Origin: an uncultured Candidatus Saccharibacteria bacterium
Lineage (GTDB): Bacteria > Patescibacteriota > Minisyncoccia > Phycocordibacterales > DATGWK01
Assembly: GCA_964356815.1 (NCBI GenBank)
Contig: CAYHIR010000004.1
Span: 842 to 64,841, forward strand
Length of the DNA stretch: 64,000 bases
Reading direction: 5' to 3'
The notes under the pieces are model-generated. The model worked only from the letters and a program-made list of their open reading frames with translations. It was not told the DNA's origin and searched no databases. The position numbers were made by a program, and so were the translations under genes. Each line of letters opens with the position of its first letter. The first letter of the stretch is position 1. Below, piece by piece: positions 19,372 to 28,688 of this stretch.

Positions 19372-21768
19372 TTATTCTTTATCGCCTTCGTCGTCTGGTT
19401 TTTTGGCTGGTTTTTCTACCCCGTCAGTCTTCCCTTTCTTTACAGCTTCAAAAAGTTTTTCCCACTGCTGATCCTCTTTGCCTTTTGAAAACTCACTTCT
19501 AATTTTCTGTGCTTCGTTGTAGCGCGTATTGCTAAACATAGGCCGGTTTTCTCCTAAAGTTTTTGGATTTTTGTATAATCTGAATGCACTTCTCCACGGT
19601 CTTTCCACAGCCTTTGATGCATATTCGAACGCCCTCAACTTAGATGGACTCTCTGTTTTGTTCTCTCTCACATATCTCTCTTCTTCGTTCTTCATAAATT
19701 CCTTTATCTTTTCCTTATCTCCCGCAAACCTAGCCTCAGCTTCTCTTTGAGACACACTTTTTGCACCAGAGTTTCCAAAGCGTTTTTTAGCTTCGTCTTC
19801 GGATATGCCTTTTAGCTCGTCAACTTTTCCTTGAGCAGACTTTCTGTCTTCTATAACGACCTTAAGTTCCTCTCCTATCTTTCCCTCGATCTTGATTCTC
19901 TGGTCTCTAATTTTTCCTAATGGAATTGAATCAATCTGTAGTTTATTAGAAAGTGTATTAATTCCAGCGGCTCTATCTGAAATATTTTTCTGAATTTGTG
20001 CTTTAGCGGTGTCTGGGATTCTGGCGTCTTTTAGTCTTTCCATATCAGCCAACTGCTCCTTCTTCATGTCTTCAAGTTTTTTCTCTGAAGGAGCTAGGCT
20101 ATCTTTAAGAGTTTTCTCTTGGGCGGCGATTAATTCTAGTGGAGTTTTGTAGCTCTCTCGGATAGCTCGTTCCCTTTCTTTCGTCCTCTCGACAGCTTGT
20201 TGTGCCTGATCCACTTTCACCTTGCTTGGACCAAGATCTTTCGCTCTATCAAGGGCAAGTTTTTCGCGTTCCTCCACAAATTTATCGTAACCATCTTTTC
20301 CTCCAGCTTTGCCTAAGCCACCGATAGTGCCAGCGAGTTCGCCGCCAATCTTTGTTGCTCTAACATCAAAACTAGATTTTGCGATATCTTTAGATTTGCC
20401 TCTTACAACGCCAGCCAAAGCTCCTCTCCAACCACCACTTGCCTCAGCTTTTTTAAGTGCTTCAGAGTCGGCGATATTTCTTCCTGTCCATCCGACAGTT
20501 CTTCTTCCTGCGTATCCTAGAGCACCAGCCGTTGCTCCACCAAAGTATCCCTGTGCACCGACCCTCAGCTTCTTGCCGAACTTCATTAGCCCGCCAGCTC
20601 CATGCGCACCGGCTTCCTTTGCAATGATAAGCGCGGCGACAGTGAAAGCGATGATTATGAAGAAGTTCATGAAAATTGCACCGGCGCTTGCACCAGCTCC
20701 GGTCGCTCCGTTTCCAAGACTGGCGACCATTGATGCAATGTTTTGATTTGGATCAGGAGTTGCGACAATCACATCAAGCAGCTGCAGCACTATCCAAAGA
20801 AGAGCGATACAGACTGGCGCAAAGATTACTTGATCCCAAAGAGCACTGAACCAACGGCCAGAATATTTGTCATTCGGCAAAGCCATCGCTGCAAATGCCA
20901 GCGGTGAGAGTATGAAAAGAAAAATAATAATTACAAATCGAGATATGAAAAGAATCGACATGGCGAAAAATATAAAGGCTGCCGTGCCCATGAAGATCAT
21001 GCCCAAGAATCCTACCTCGAGCATTTTTATCCAGTCTCCACCGGTCGCTGTTGCTATTACATTGCCTGCCGTGCCTGTATTGTACCAACTAGTAAAACCA
21101 AATTTCTGCATGTAAGCATTTGCAATGTTGGCACCCTCGCCACTGACACTGGCGTTTATTTGATTGTAAAAGACGACTGTGAGAGTGTTCGAACCGTCAA
21201 TGATTAGCTTCGTGAAAAACAAACTGAAGTTTAAAAGAAGAGCGACGATTATCACTCGAGTCAACATTTTTTTCATGTCGACGTTGCCCAACCCAAGAAT
21301 TGTGCCGATGGCTACATATAGAAGAATAAATATGAACGCCATGTTGGCGAGATCGCGGAATGTTGTCCATGTCTTATTTATAATGTTGTATAGGTCTCCG
21401 TTGGCGCCAACATGAGCAGACATATTTACTATCGTATAAGCCATTACATTATTTAGAAGGACGCCCGATATACCAAGTATCAAACTGCCAATAGTCAGAA
21501 GTCCTACGGCGATGTTGTTGACCAAAAGCTTCATACACTGGATCGGTGAAGTAATTCCGCAAACGAAAGGATTCGGCGGGCCAACTGGCAATACAGCTGG
21601 GGTGTTATAAGTCGCCTCAAATTCATCTGCCGGTATTTCTGTGATGGTTTGTGCACGGGTCACATTTGCTGGCGCTGCTGTGACAAAAATTCCTAGAAAA
21701 ATTGTTGAAATAAAAACAACTGATAAAGTTATCATCCAAATCTTTTTCTTTTTCAAAAAATTAAACAT
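19372..21768 (-). CDS. VirB6/TrbL-like polytopic membrane protein with a C-terminal coiled coil
   Basis: W..FRDLAN, LLLNFSLFFTKLIID.SN, R.V.I..L.ILSPLAF; charged helical tail. Confidence 0.7.
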   Translation of the reverse strand: MFNFLKKKKIWMITLSVVFISTIFLGIFVTAAPANVTRAQTITEIPADEFEATYNTPAVLPVGPPNPFVCGITSPIQCMKLLVNNIAVGLLTIGSLILGISGVLLNNVMAYTIVNMSAHVGANGDLYNIINKTWTTFRDLANMAFIFILLYVAIGTILGLGNVDMKKMLTRVIIVALLLNFSLFFTKLIIDGSNTLTVVFYNQINASVSGEGANIANAYMQKFGFTSWYNTGTAGNVIATATGGDWIKMLEVGFLGMIFMGTAAFIFFAMSILFISRFVIIIFLFILSPLAFAAMALPNDKYSGRWFSALWDQVIFAPVCIALLWIVLQLLDVIVATPDPNQNIASMVASLGNGATGAGASAGAIFMNFFIIIAFTVAALIIAKEAGAHGAGGLMKFGKKLRVGAQGYFGGATAGALGYAGRRTVGWTGRNIADSEALKKAEASGGWRGALAGVVRGKSKDIAKSSFDVRATKIGGELAGTIGGLGKAGGKDGYDKFVEEREKLALDRAKDLGPSKVKVDQAQQAVERTKERERAIRESYKTPLELIAAQEKTLKDSLAPSEKKLEDMKKEQLADMERLKDARIPDTAKAQIQKNISDRAAGINTLSNKLQIDSIPLGKIRDQRIKIEGKIGEELKVVIEDRKSAQGKVDELKGISEDEAKKRFGNSGAKSVSQREAEARFAGDKEKIKEFMKNEEERYVRENKTESPSKLRAFEYASKAVERPWRSAFRLYKNPKTLGENRPMFSNTRYNEAQKIRSEFSKGKEDQQWEKLFEAVKKGKTDGVEKPAKKPDDEGDKE

Positions 21769-21770
21769 TT

Positions 21771-23012
21771 TTATATCGTTATCCCCTGCACCGTTACAGT
21801 ATCAGAGCAAGTGAATGTCTTTGTTCGACCGTTGGCAGTAACTCTGACCTGAGCATTTTTTTCGCCAACAGATGGGTAACCCACAACCAGAGAGTTGGCA
21901 TTACCGAAAGATGTTGTTGTGCTTGTCGCCAGCTCTATTGGTGTACTGCCGCTCCAAACAAAAGTAGTTCTGTTGGATCGGCTACCGTTTACATAAGTTG
22001 TCCAAGTGACCGGCTCATTTATTTCGGCAATGCCAGTATCAGCAAAACAGTAGCCTGTGAAATTATTTTGGTCGCTTCCACTGCCGCTACCACTTTGCGC
22101 ACCAGAGAAACCGCCAATCACCTGTCGTACAAAATATCCCGCCAAAGCACCAACAACTTCATTAAACTCATCAGCTATTTCTAGACGATCTAGATTTGTG
22201 CCTAAGACATTTTCGAGTTGTGTTTCCACGACAGCTCCTGGCGTTTGGATCTGACCATTTTCATCTTCCCAAGAGAAGAAGCCATTACCCCAATCGAGCT
22301 TTAAGAGTTCTATGTTTTGAGAACCGGCGATGCGGACGCTCAACTCAGTATTTGCTTTTGCATACGCGCCGTATGGATTGTTGTTGGCATTTTGCGTCAT
22401 GCTAAACCAGCCGTCCCAGCCGCCCTGATTAAAATCACCTTCGGTAAATTTGGCAAAATTTTCGGCGTTGGCTATTACATCAGATAAAGAACAGTTGATG
22501 CGAAAATCTGAAGAGTGACTGAAATTGAGTGCGCCTCTGATTTGTAATTGAAAAGGATCACACATAAAGCCCAGCTCTGTGCCGGCGATAAATTCTCCTG
22601 CTACCTGATCAGCTACTCCACTGAGAAATTGTTCAGGATTAGTGACGAAAGCTGGTCCGCCTTCGAAGCCGCGATTAATCCAATTGACTATAGAGTTTGT
22701 AACGTTGTCTATTAGAATGTTGCCTGCTTGCCAAGCAAAAGCGTCGAGCCCGAGGCCAAAAATTCCCTGCTCTTTTAAGTTGTTTGGAACATCGTTTGTT
22801 GGTACAAGTAGAGCTGCGCCGATCCCCTGAGCTTGAGCGTGCGCTTTATTTACTGTTTGCGGATAAAAAATTCCAGAAAAAAGTGACGCCGATGTGGCGG
22901 TGATTGTTATGGCGGAAAAAATCAGAATGGCTAAAAGTGCGACCGACAGACGAGCGGACGATTTTTTTGTGTATGTTAAAAAGTCCATTTTTTGGCTCTT
23001 TGTCTCAATCAT
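21771..23012 (-). CDS. Hypothetical exported protein of the T4SS-like cluster
   Basis: Signal/TM segment; IVNWINRGFEGGPAFVTN; Cys pairs; C-terminal beta-sandwich-like domain. Confidence 0.6.
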   Translation of the reverse strand: MIETKSQKMDFLTYTKKSSARLSVALLAILIFSAITITATSASLFSGIFYPQTVNKAHAQAQGIGAALLVPTNDVPNNLKEQGIFGLGLDAFAWQAGNILIDNVTNSIVNWINRGFEGGPAFVTNPEQFLSGVADQVAGEFIAGTELGFMCDPFQLQIRGALNFSHSSDFRINCSLSDVIANAENFAKFTEGDFNQGGWDGWFSMTQNANNNPYGAYAKANTELSVRIAGSQNIELLKLDWGNGFFSWEDENGQIQTPGAVVETQLENVLGTNLDRLEIADEFNEVVGALAGYFVRQVIGGFSGAQSGSGSGSDQNNFTGYCFADTGIAEINEPVTWTTYVNGSRSNRTTFVWSGSTPIELATSTTTSFGNANSLVVGYPSVGEKNAQVRVTANGRTKTFTCSDTVTVQGITI

Positions 23013-24001
23013 ATCGCATTTGTAAGGGCGTAACCATATTCTGACTGTGTAAAGGTTATGTTTTGTGTGGCGAAAATATTTTTGAGTTCATCAATTGCAG
23101 AATTTAGAGCGGCGGTGTCTTCTCCGTATTTTTTTATGCTCGCCAAACCAACGATCGGATCAGAAAACATTTTTTTAAATCCGGAAACGTCGCCTTTAAT
23201 TGCCTCAAAACTATTTACAACTTCCAAATGAGCGAGAGCGGCGGCGACCGGCACTCCAGTCAATCTCAAACCCAGCACAATCCCCTCATATCGAGCGATA
23301 GACGCGTCTAGTCTTTGTAAATCAGAGGCCGATTTATCGTTGAGTGCCACATTTAGTATCTCGTACTCATTATTATTGGCCGTTATTTGATTGTTTAGAA
23401 GGACAAGACCGACGGAATTGCCGTATTTCTTCATGTTCTCCTCGTTTTCTTCGTCATTTTTGCCTTCCGGAACGAGTTTGAGGTCGGAAATTGAGTATTT
23501 TTTGCTCTGACCGACGGAAATATTGGCACTCGCGAGACTTTCTATGAGCTCTTCTTGGTTTACGGTGCCTGTGCGCTTAGCTTCTATATACTTAGCAAAG
23601 AATTCACGGCTAAATTTCTCGGTTTCTGAGAGGTTTTCTTCTATTTCTGCGCCCGCACCTGCGCCACCGCTCACGCCAGATGAGCCGCCCGCCGAGCCAT
23701 TCACGCCACCGCTCGCCTCTAGGCCGACAAGTGTTTCCTCCCAGTTTTTTATGCCGTCACCGTCGTCGTCTAAGTCGGAAATTTTCTTCAAAAACTCTGA
23801 ATCGACGGCATTTGATGGGTTGTTGCTGTCTTTTGTGTCGAAAATGCCCGATTTTTGGCCATTTTCAGCACTTTTTGAGCCGTTTGCACCATTGGCGCTA
23901 CTTGTGGTGGAATATTGAGCGGCAAAAACCACTGTGCCGAGCGCTAAAAGGCAGGCAATAAAAACGAAAGCGACCCTTTTGCTTGGTCGGAGAGAAGTCA
24001 T
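23009..24001 (-). CDS. Hypothetical membrane-anchored protein with an acidic Ca-binding-like motif
   Basis: N-terminal TM; DDDGDGIKNWEE. Confidence 0.6.
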   Translation of the reverse strand: MTSLRPSKRVAFVFIACLLALGTVVFAAQYSTTSSANGANGSKSAENGQKSGIFDTKDSNNPSNAVDSEFLKKISDLDDDGDGIKNWEETLVGLEASGGVNGSAGGSSGVSGGAGAGAEIEENLSETEKFSREFFAKYIEAKRTGTVNQEELIESLASANISVGQSKKYSISDLKLVPEGKNDEENEENMKKYGNSVGLVLLNNQITANNNEYEILNVALNDKSASDLQRLDASIARYEGIVLGLRLTGVPVAAALAHLEVVNSFEAIKGDVSGFKKMFSDPIVGLASIKKYGEDTAALNSAIDELKNIFATQNITFTQSEYGYALTNAI

Positions 24002-24075
24002 TCTTATAGTATATCAAAAGAAATAGATTCGAGTTAGAATAGCGAGACGGAATAATCGGTCGACAGTCAATTAAG

Positions 24076-24474
24076 ATGCATAAAAATTACCTAAAAAATC
24101 TCATTGCTGTCGTCGCTCTCTTCGTAATAATATTTGTTCTTTTTTCCACTCTTCCAATTCAGGCGCACGGGTTCAATTTGCCTTTCGGCGGCAAGGTGAT
24201 ACTACCGCCTTTTTGGTGTTCTTGTACCGGAGCATGGCTTCTTACCATTGGTCCACCGAAAGGCGGCGAGTTTTTGTTTTTTCCACCCTTTTCTCAAAAA
24301 GCCTACTTCCAACTCCCATCTCTCGGTCCAGGCTTCGGCTCTTGGACGCTTGGTCTTTATACTCCCGTCGTTGGTCGTTGCTCTTTTTATACAGGAGAAG
24401 ATTGCTCTACCCGCGCTGTTACTCAGGGTGTTATATTTCAGCCAATTGTTGGCTCATCTTACGCGAGTTTTTAA
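24076..24474 (+). CDS. Small secreted Cys-containing hypothetical protein
   Basis: Signal peptide; PFGGK...CSC...LGLY...C......C. Confidence 0.55.
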   Translation: MHKNYLKNLIAVVALFVIIFVLFSTLPIQAHGFNLPFGGKVILPPFWCSCTGAWLLTIGPPKGGEFLFFPPFSQKAYFQLPSLGPGFGSWTLGLYTPVVGRCSFYTGEDCSTRAVTQGVIFQPIVGSSYASF

Positions 24475-24514
24475 GTAAAAAACTTGCTTTTTTTTCTAGA
24501 TCTGCTAAGTTATA

Positions 24515-24570
24515 AGTGATCGTAAGATCGCTAAATCTAAAGCTGAGGGGCCCCGGTAAGGGGTCCTTTG
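24515..24570 (+). ncRNA. Putative small RNA convergent on the NYN gene
   Basis: TTGCTT-N16-TAAGTT with extended TG; hairpin AGTGATC-GTAA-GATCGCT; hairpin AGGGGCCCC-GGTAA-GGGGTCCTT; G-U pairs work only on the + strand. Confidence 0.5.
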
Positions 24571-24575
24571 TGCTA

Positions 24576-25202
24576 TTAGGAGCTTAGTTTGTTGAGCTCC
24601 CTGAGCTCTCTATTCCAACAGACAAACTTTTCCAAATCTCTTATATCAAAAATAATAAGTCCCGTAGGCCGTAGGCTATTTAATTCTTTGGATATACGTC
24701 CAGCTGTTGCAAATAGTGCAACTCTTTTATTAGCACTAAGGAGTTGTTGTATGGGGTTTGCAAAATCACTATCACCACTCCACAGTACAAAAGTGTCGGC
24801 ATTGTTGTGCTCAAGATCAAGAAGCATATTTACTCCAATTTCAACATCAAAATTGCATTTTTTATCTCGTAGTTTTCGTATACCTTGTTGATTTAGGTTT
24901 TGCAAATGCTGATTGAGACCTTCTATTTGATCCAATGTCATGGTTTTGAGTAGTGGAGTGCGAATAAAATCTGTCAAAAGATCCGATGATTGCATTGACT
25001 GCAAACTCGTTGCATCAATTGATAATTCCATTATTTTTACTGGTTTAGTATGTAGCTCGTACCCTTGATCTTCAAGATCTTTTATATTTCTTTCCGACTC
25101 TTTGTCTCCCACCAATGTTCCTTGATAGAAGTGAATCTTTTTAATTAGCTCTGTTTGTTCATCAGCAATCATTTTTATTTTGTCTGTTTTTGGACTAAAC
25201 AT
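24576..25202 (-). CDS. NYN (PIN-like) domain protein apparently lacking the first catalytic motif; possible pseudogene
   Basis: KCNFDVE and LWSGDSDF present; no N-terminal xDxxN motif. Confidence 0.65.
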   Translation of the reverse strand: MFSPKTDKIKMIADEQTELIKKIHFYQGTLVGDKESERNIKDLEDQGYELHTKPVKIMELSIDATSLQSMQSSDLLTDFIRTPLLKTMTLDQIEGLNQHLQNLNQQGIRKLRDKKCNFDVEIGVNMLLDLEHNNADTFVLWSGDSDFANPIQQLLSANKRVALFATAGRISKELNSLRPTGLIIFDIRDLEKFVCWNRELRELNKLSS

Positions 25203-25271
25203 GACGCTTATCTTATAGTTAAGATGTTAAAGATAAGTTTAATTTTTTCTTATTTTGATATCGTTTTACCC

Positions 25272-25514
25272 ATGTTAAACAACAAATTATTCTTTAATTT
25301 GCCCGTCGTCATTACTAAGCAAAATAAGCATTTTGTGGCGTATACTCCTGCACTCGATATTTCCACTTCTGGTAAATCTGAAAAGGATGTCAAAAAAAGG
25401 TTTGTTGAGCTGGTGAATATTTTTTTAGAGGAAATTATTGAGAAAAAAACTGTCGACGGCGTGCTTTATGAGTTGGGTTGGGAAAAAGAATATCTAAAAG
25501 CTATCTCGAGGTAA
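25272..25514 (+). CDS. HicB-like antitoxin domain, orphan and probably C-terminally truncated
   Basis: FVAYTPALDISTSGKS.KDVKKRF; runs into the 3' end of rsmA; no hicA nearby. Confidence 0.55.
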   Translation: MLNNKLFFNLPVVITKQNKHFVAYTPALDISTSGKSEKDVKKRFVELVNIFLEEIIEKKTVDGVLYELGWEKEYLKAISR

Positions 25515-26360
25515 TTTTTCCAGTAAGAGTTTCCAATCATTAAGATTCAAATCTTCAGCACGAGAATTTTCGTCTAGTCCAGACTCAGTAAAGATTTTTT
25601 CCAAATTTTCTTTTGCCGCAATTTCTTCCAAATTTCTAATCAACTTTTTTCTTTTGTGGGCAAAGCCGGCATGAAGTATTTCGAAAAATTTTTCTTCTGT
25701 GCCCGTTGTGCTGCTTGCGCCGCCAAATTCAAAAAACTTTTTAGAGATGTCGGCGATGAGCAAAATTGCAGAGTCAACATTTGGTGCTGGAGAAAAATCT
25801 TCGCGCTTCACAATCGCTATACGTTTCGGCACTCCGTATGCGCGTACTGCGAGTGAGAGCAAACTTCCCTTTCCGTCATGAGCGACGATGCGATCGGCAA
25901 CTTCTCTTTGCACCAAAAGTACCGCGCGGGATGGCTGACAGTCGCCCGACAAAAAATTGCGAATGATTTGACCGGTGATGTAATACGGAATGTTGGCAAC
26001 GAGTTTGTAACGACCAGCTTCGAGTCCGAGTGTTTGCGGTTTGGTTTCTAAAATGTCGCCGCCGGTGAGCTCCAAACGACCGTTCGCAATTTCCGTCGAA
26101 AATTTTTGTCGCAAAAATTCTACGAGCTCACCGTCTTTTTCTACAGCCACCACTCGCGCACCAGCTTCGAGTAGAAATTGTGTGAGTGCACCTTTGCCTG
26201 GTCCGATTTCTAAAATTTTTTCGCCAATCTCGCCACCATTTTCTTCGCCAGTTGCCTGCCCTATCGGATTTATTTCAGCCGCTAAAATAATTTGTCGCAG
26301 AGCGCGTTTTGATTTCAAAAAATTTTGTCCGAGGGTTTTATTTGCTTTGTGCGGGCGCAT
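25494..26360 (-). CDS. rsmA: 16S rRNA m6,2A dimethyltransferase
   Basis: LGQNFL, LEIGPGKG, ANIPYYIT, PAPNVDS, RAEDL. Confidence 0.97.
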   Translation of the reverse strand: MRPHKANKTLGQNFLKSKRALRQIILAAEINPIGQATGEENGGEIGEKILEIGPGKGALTQFLLEAGARVVAVEKDGELVEFLRQKFSTEIANGRLELTGGDILETKPQTLGLEAGRYKLVANIPYYITGQIIRNFLSGDCQPSRAVLLVQREVADRIVAHDGKGSLLSLAVRAYGVPKRIAIVKREDFSPAPNVDSAILLIADISKKFFEFGGASSTTGTEEKFFEILHAGFAHKRKKLIRNLEEIAAKENLEKIFTESGLDENSRAEDLNLNDWKLLLEKLPRDSF

Positions 26361-26393
26361 GTTTTTTTTGCGGCGAAAAATTTCGCCGGCGGT

Positions 26394-28361
26394 TTAAAAA
26401 TATATTGTCTTAAGCGGCCGGCCGCCATCGCGCGGCTTGGTCACAAATTCCATCTCAGTGTGCTCCGGCGGAACATCAGAAAGAAATCGTGAGGGCAGAG
26501 TGGTGCGGCGTTCGCCAAAGATCGTGCGCATCGTAGCATAAGAAAGGAAAACTTTGTGCCTCGCACGCGTGAGAGCGACGTAAAAAAGTCGGCGTTCTTC
26601 CTCGGCCTCTTGCGAGCTGTCGCCCCTTGAGCTCGAGCGTTCGTGCGGGAACAAACCCTCTTCGAGACCCGTCACAAAAACATAATCAAACTCTAATCCT
26701 TTGGCGGCATGAACGGTCATTAAGCGCACAGCATCTGAGGCTACTTCGCCCGGCGTTTCTTCGGCGGCGGCGAGTGATGCGTCGGCGATCAGGAGCTCGA
26801 TTCCCTCGCCGATTGGTTCGCGGTCGTATCTTTTTGCGAGGGTAAGAAGTTCGCGGGCATTTTCGAGTCGCTCTTTATCTTGTTCGCTTCCGTGCTCAAG
26901 CAAATTTTCCATACCGCTTTCTTTGAGTACGAAGCGAATTGTTTCTGTCGGTGTTTGTGTTTGCGCCACAACTTTTATTCTTTCAAGTAGAGCGTAAAAG
27001 TTCTCTACTTTGGCGCGAAGTGTCGCTGAAAGCGCGGCTGTTTGTCCGGCCCAAATTTTTTCTAAAGTTTTGTCGCCAATGCCACGCGGAGGCACGTTTA
27101 TAATGCGTTCAACATCTCCTGGTGCGCCGCCATTTAATGCCGCGCGAATAAATGCGAGCGTGTCTTTAATTTCTTTGCGTTCGAAAAATTTTGTACCGAC
27201 CATCGCGTATGGCAAACCTTCAGCCGCAAACGCTTCTTCGAGCACGCGCGATTGAAAATTTGCGCGGTACAAAACGCTCATCTCACGAAGCGCCACACCT
27301 TTTTTCTGCAACTCTTTCACTTTGTTGGTTACAAAAAAAGCTTCCTCGGCCTCACTCCAACCTTCAAATACACCGATTTTTTCGCCGGTCACATTTTTCG
27401 TAAAAAGATTTTTCTCAATACGCACTTTATTTTTTTTGATGACGCTGTTGGCCGCCGCGAGAATTGTTTGTGTCGAGCGATAATTTTCTTCGAGTAAAAT
27501 AATTGTCGACTCAGGGTAATCTTTTTCGAAACGCATCATGTTGCTCATGTCTGCACCGCGCCAACTGTAAATATTTTGGTCCGTGTCGCCCACCGCGCAG
27601 ATGTTGTGGTGTTTGTCGGCGAGCAAAGAAACAATTTTGTACTGCACAGAATTTATATCCTGATACTCATCGATGTGAATATATTGCCAACGTTTCTGAT
27701 AGTACTCGCGCACTTCTAAATTTTTTTCTAAAAGTTTGGCAGTGACCAAAAGCAAGTCGTCGAAGTCGACAGCTTTTTCTTCGCGCAGTCGTGCCTCATA
27801 TTTTGGCCAAATCTGCGCTACGAGTCGCGGGAAAAATTCATTATTTACTCGCGTCGCGTATTGATCGGCCGTTACACAATTGCCTTTTTCGCGAGAAATG
27901 AAATGGAGAATTTTCGCTGGGTCGTTTTGCTTCGGGTCGAGGCCAAGAGAATTTAGAATATCTTTAACAATTCTTTTGCCGTCACCTGTATCATAAATGC
28001 TGAAAAAGCGTGGTAGGCCAATGAGCTCGGCTTGTTGCCTCATTATATGAACGCCCAGAGCATGAAAAGTGCTGACGAACGGGACAGGATGATGGTGTCG
28101 TGCGCGATCCTCCTCCGGGATGGATTTGTCGACAAGCATCCCCTCGATTCGCTCTTTCATCTCCCTGGCGGCCTTATTTGTGAAGGTGATGGCGAGAATA
28201 TTTCCCGGCGAGACACCTTTTTTAATGAGATGGAACATGCGGTGTGTGAGTGTTTTGGTTTTGCCCGCACCTGCTCCGGCCACGATGAGCACTGGGCCGT
28301 CGGTAGCCAAAACTGCTTCGAGTTGTTTGTCGTTTAGGTTGTGGAGGTGGGGTTCGTTCAT
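26394..28361 (-). CDS. pcrA: UvrD/PcrA DNA helicase
   Basis: AGAGAGKT, TFTNKAA, DEYQD, NYRS, MTVHAAKGLEF, EERRLFYVALTRA. Confidence 0.95.
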   Translation of the reverse strand: MNEPHLHNLNDKQLEAVLATDGPVLIVAGAGAGKTKTLTHRMFHLIKKGVSPGNILAITFTNKAAREMKERIEGMLVDKSIPEEDRARHHHPVPFVSTFHALGVHIMRQQAELIGLPRFFSIYDTGDGKRIVKDILNSLGLDPKQNDPAKILHFISREKGNCVTADQYATRVNNEFFPRLVAQIWPKYEARLREEKAVDFDDLLLVTAKLLEKNLEVREYYQKRWQYIHIDEYQDINSVQYKIVSLLADKHHNICAVGDTDQNIYSWRGADMSNMMRFEKDYPESTIILLEENYRSTQTILAAANSVIKKNKVRIEKNLFTKNVTGEKIGVFEGWSEAEEAFFVTNKVKELQKKGVALREMSVLYRANFQSRVLEEAFAAEGLPYAMVGTKFFERKEIKDTLAFIRAALNGGAPGDVERIINVPPRGIGDKTLEKIWAGQTAALSATLRAKVENFYALLERIKVVAQTQTPTETIRFVLKESGMENLLEHGSEQDKERLENARELLTLAKRYDREPIGEGIELLIADASLAAAEETPGEVASDAVRLMTVHAAKGLEFDYVFVTGLEEGLFPHERSSSRGDSSQEAEEERRLFYVALTRARHKVFLSYATMRTIFGERRTTLPSRFLSDVPPEHTEMEFVTKPRDGGRPLKTIYF

Positions 28362-28480
28362 TAAAATTTCGGTGAAAATTTTGGCGAAATAGTCTTCAAA
28401 CTATATCACGCGGCACTGGTCGCCAAAAACGCCATATTTTGCAACATATTTTGGCTATCCACAAGGTCTGGCGGCCCTCA

Positions 28481-28508
28481 TTGACCGCTTTTGGGGTGGG
28501 GGTATAAT
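28481..28508 (+). promoter_or_regulatory. Sigma70-type promoter of the M23 peptidase gene
   Basis: TTGACC-N16-TATAAT; DnaA-box-like CTATCCACA at 28455-28463. Confidence 0.6.
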
Positions 28509-28688
28509 AGACGAACACCCGAAATACCGAAAGACAGAATGGCTCAACGAAGCCATATTTTTCTGAAAGACTGCTTCGAAAACCGTTTACTATTAAATTA
28601 AAATTGTATTTTATCTAGATTCCCTTGGGCCCGTTTCGGTAATGGTAGAAAGGGCAACAATTTAAAATTTTTTGCCGGTGCGCTGATT

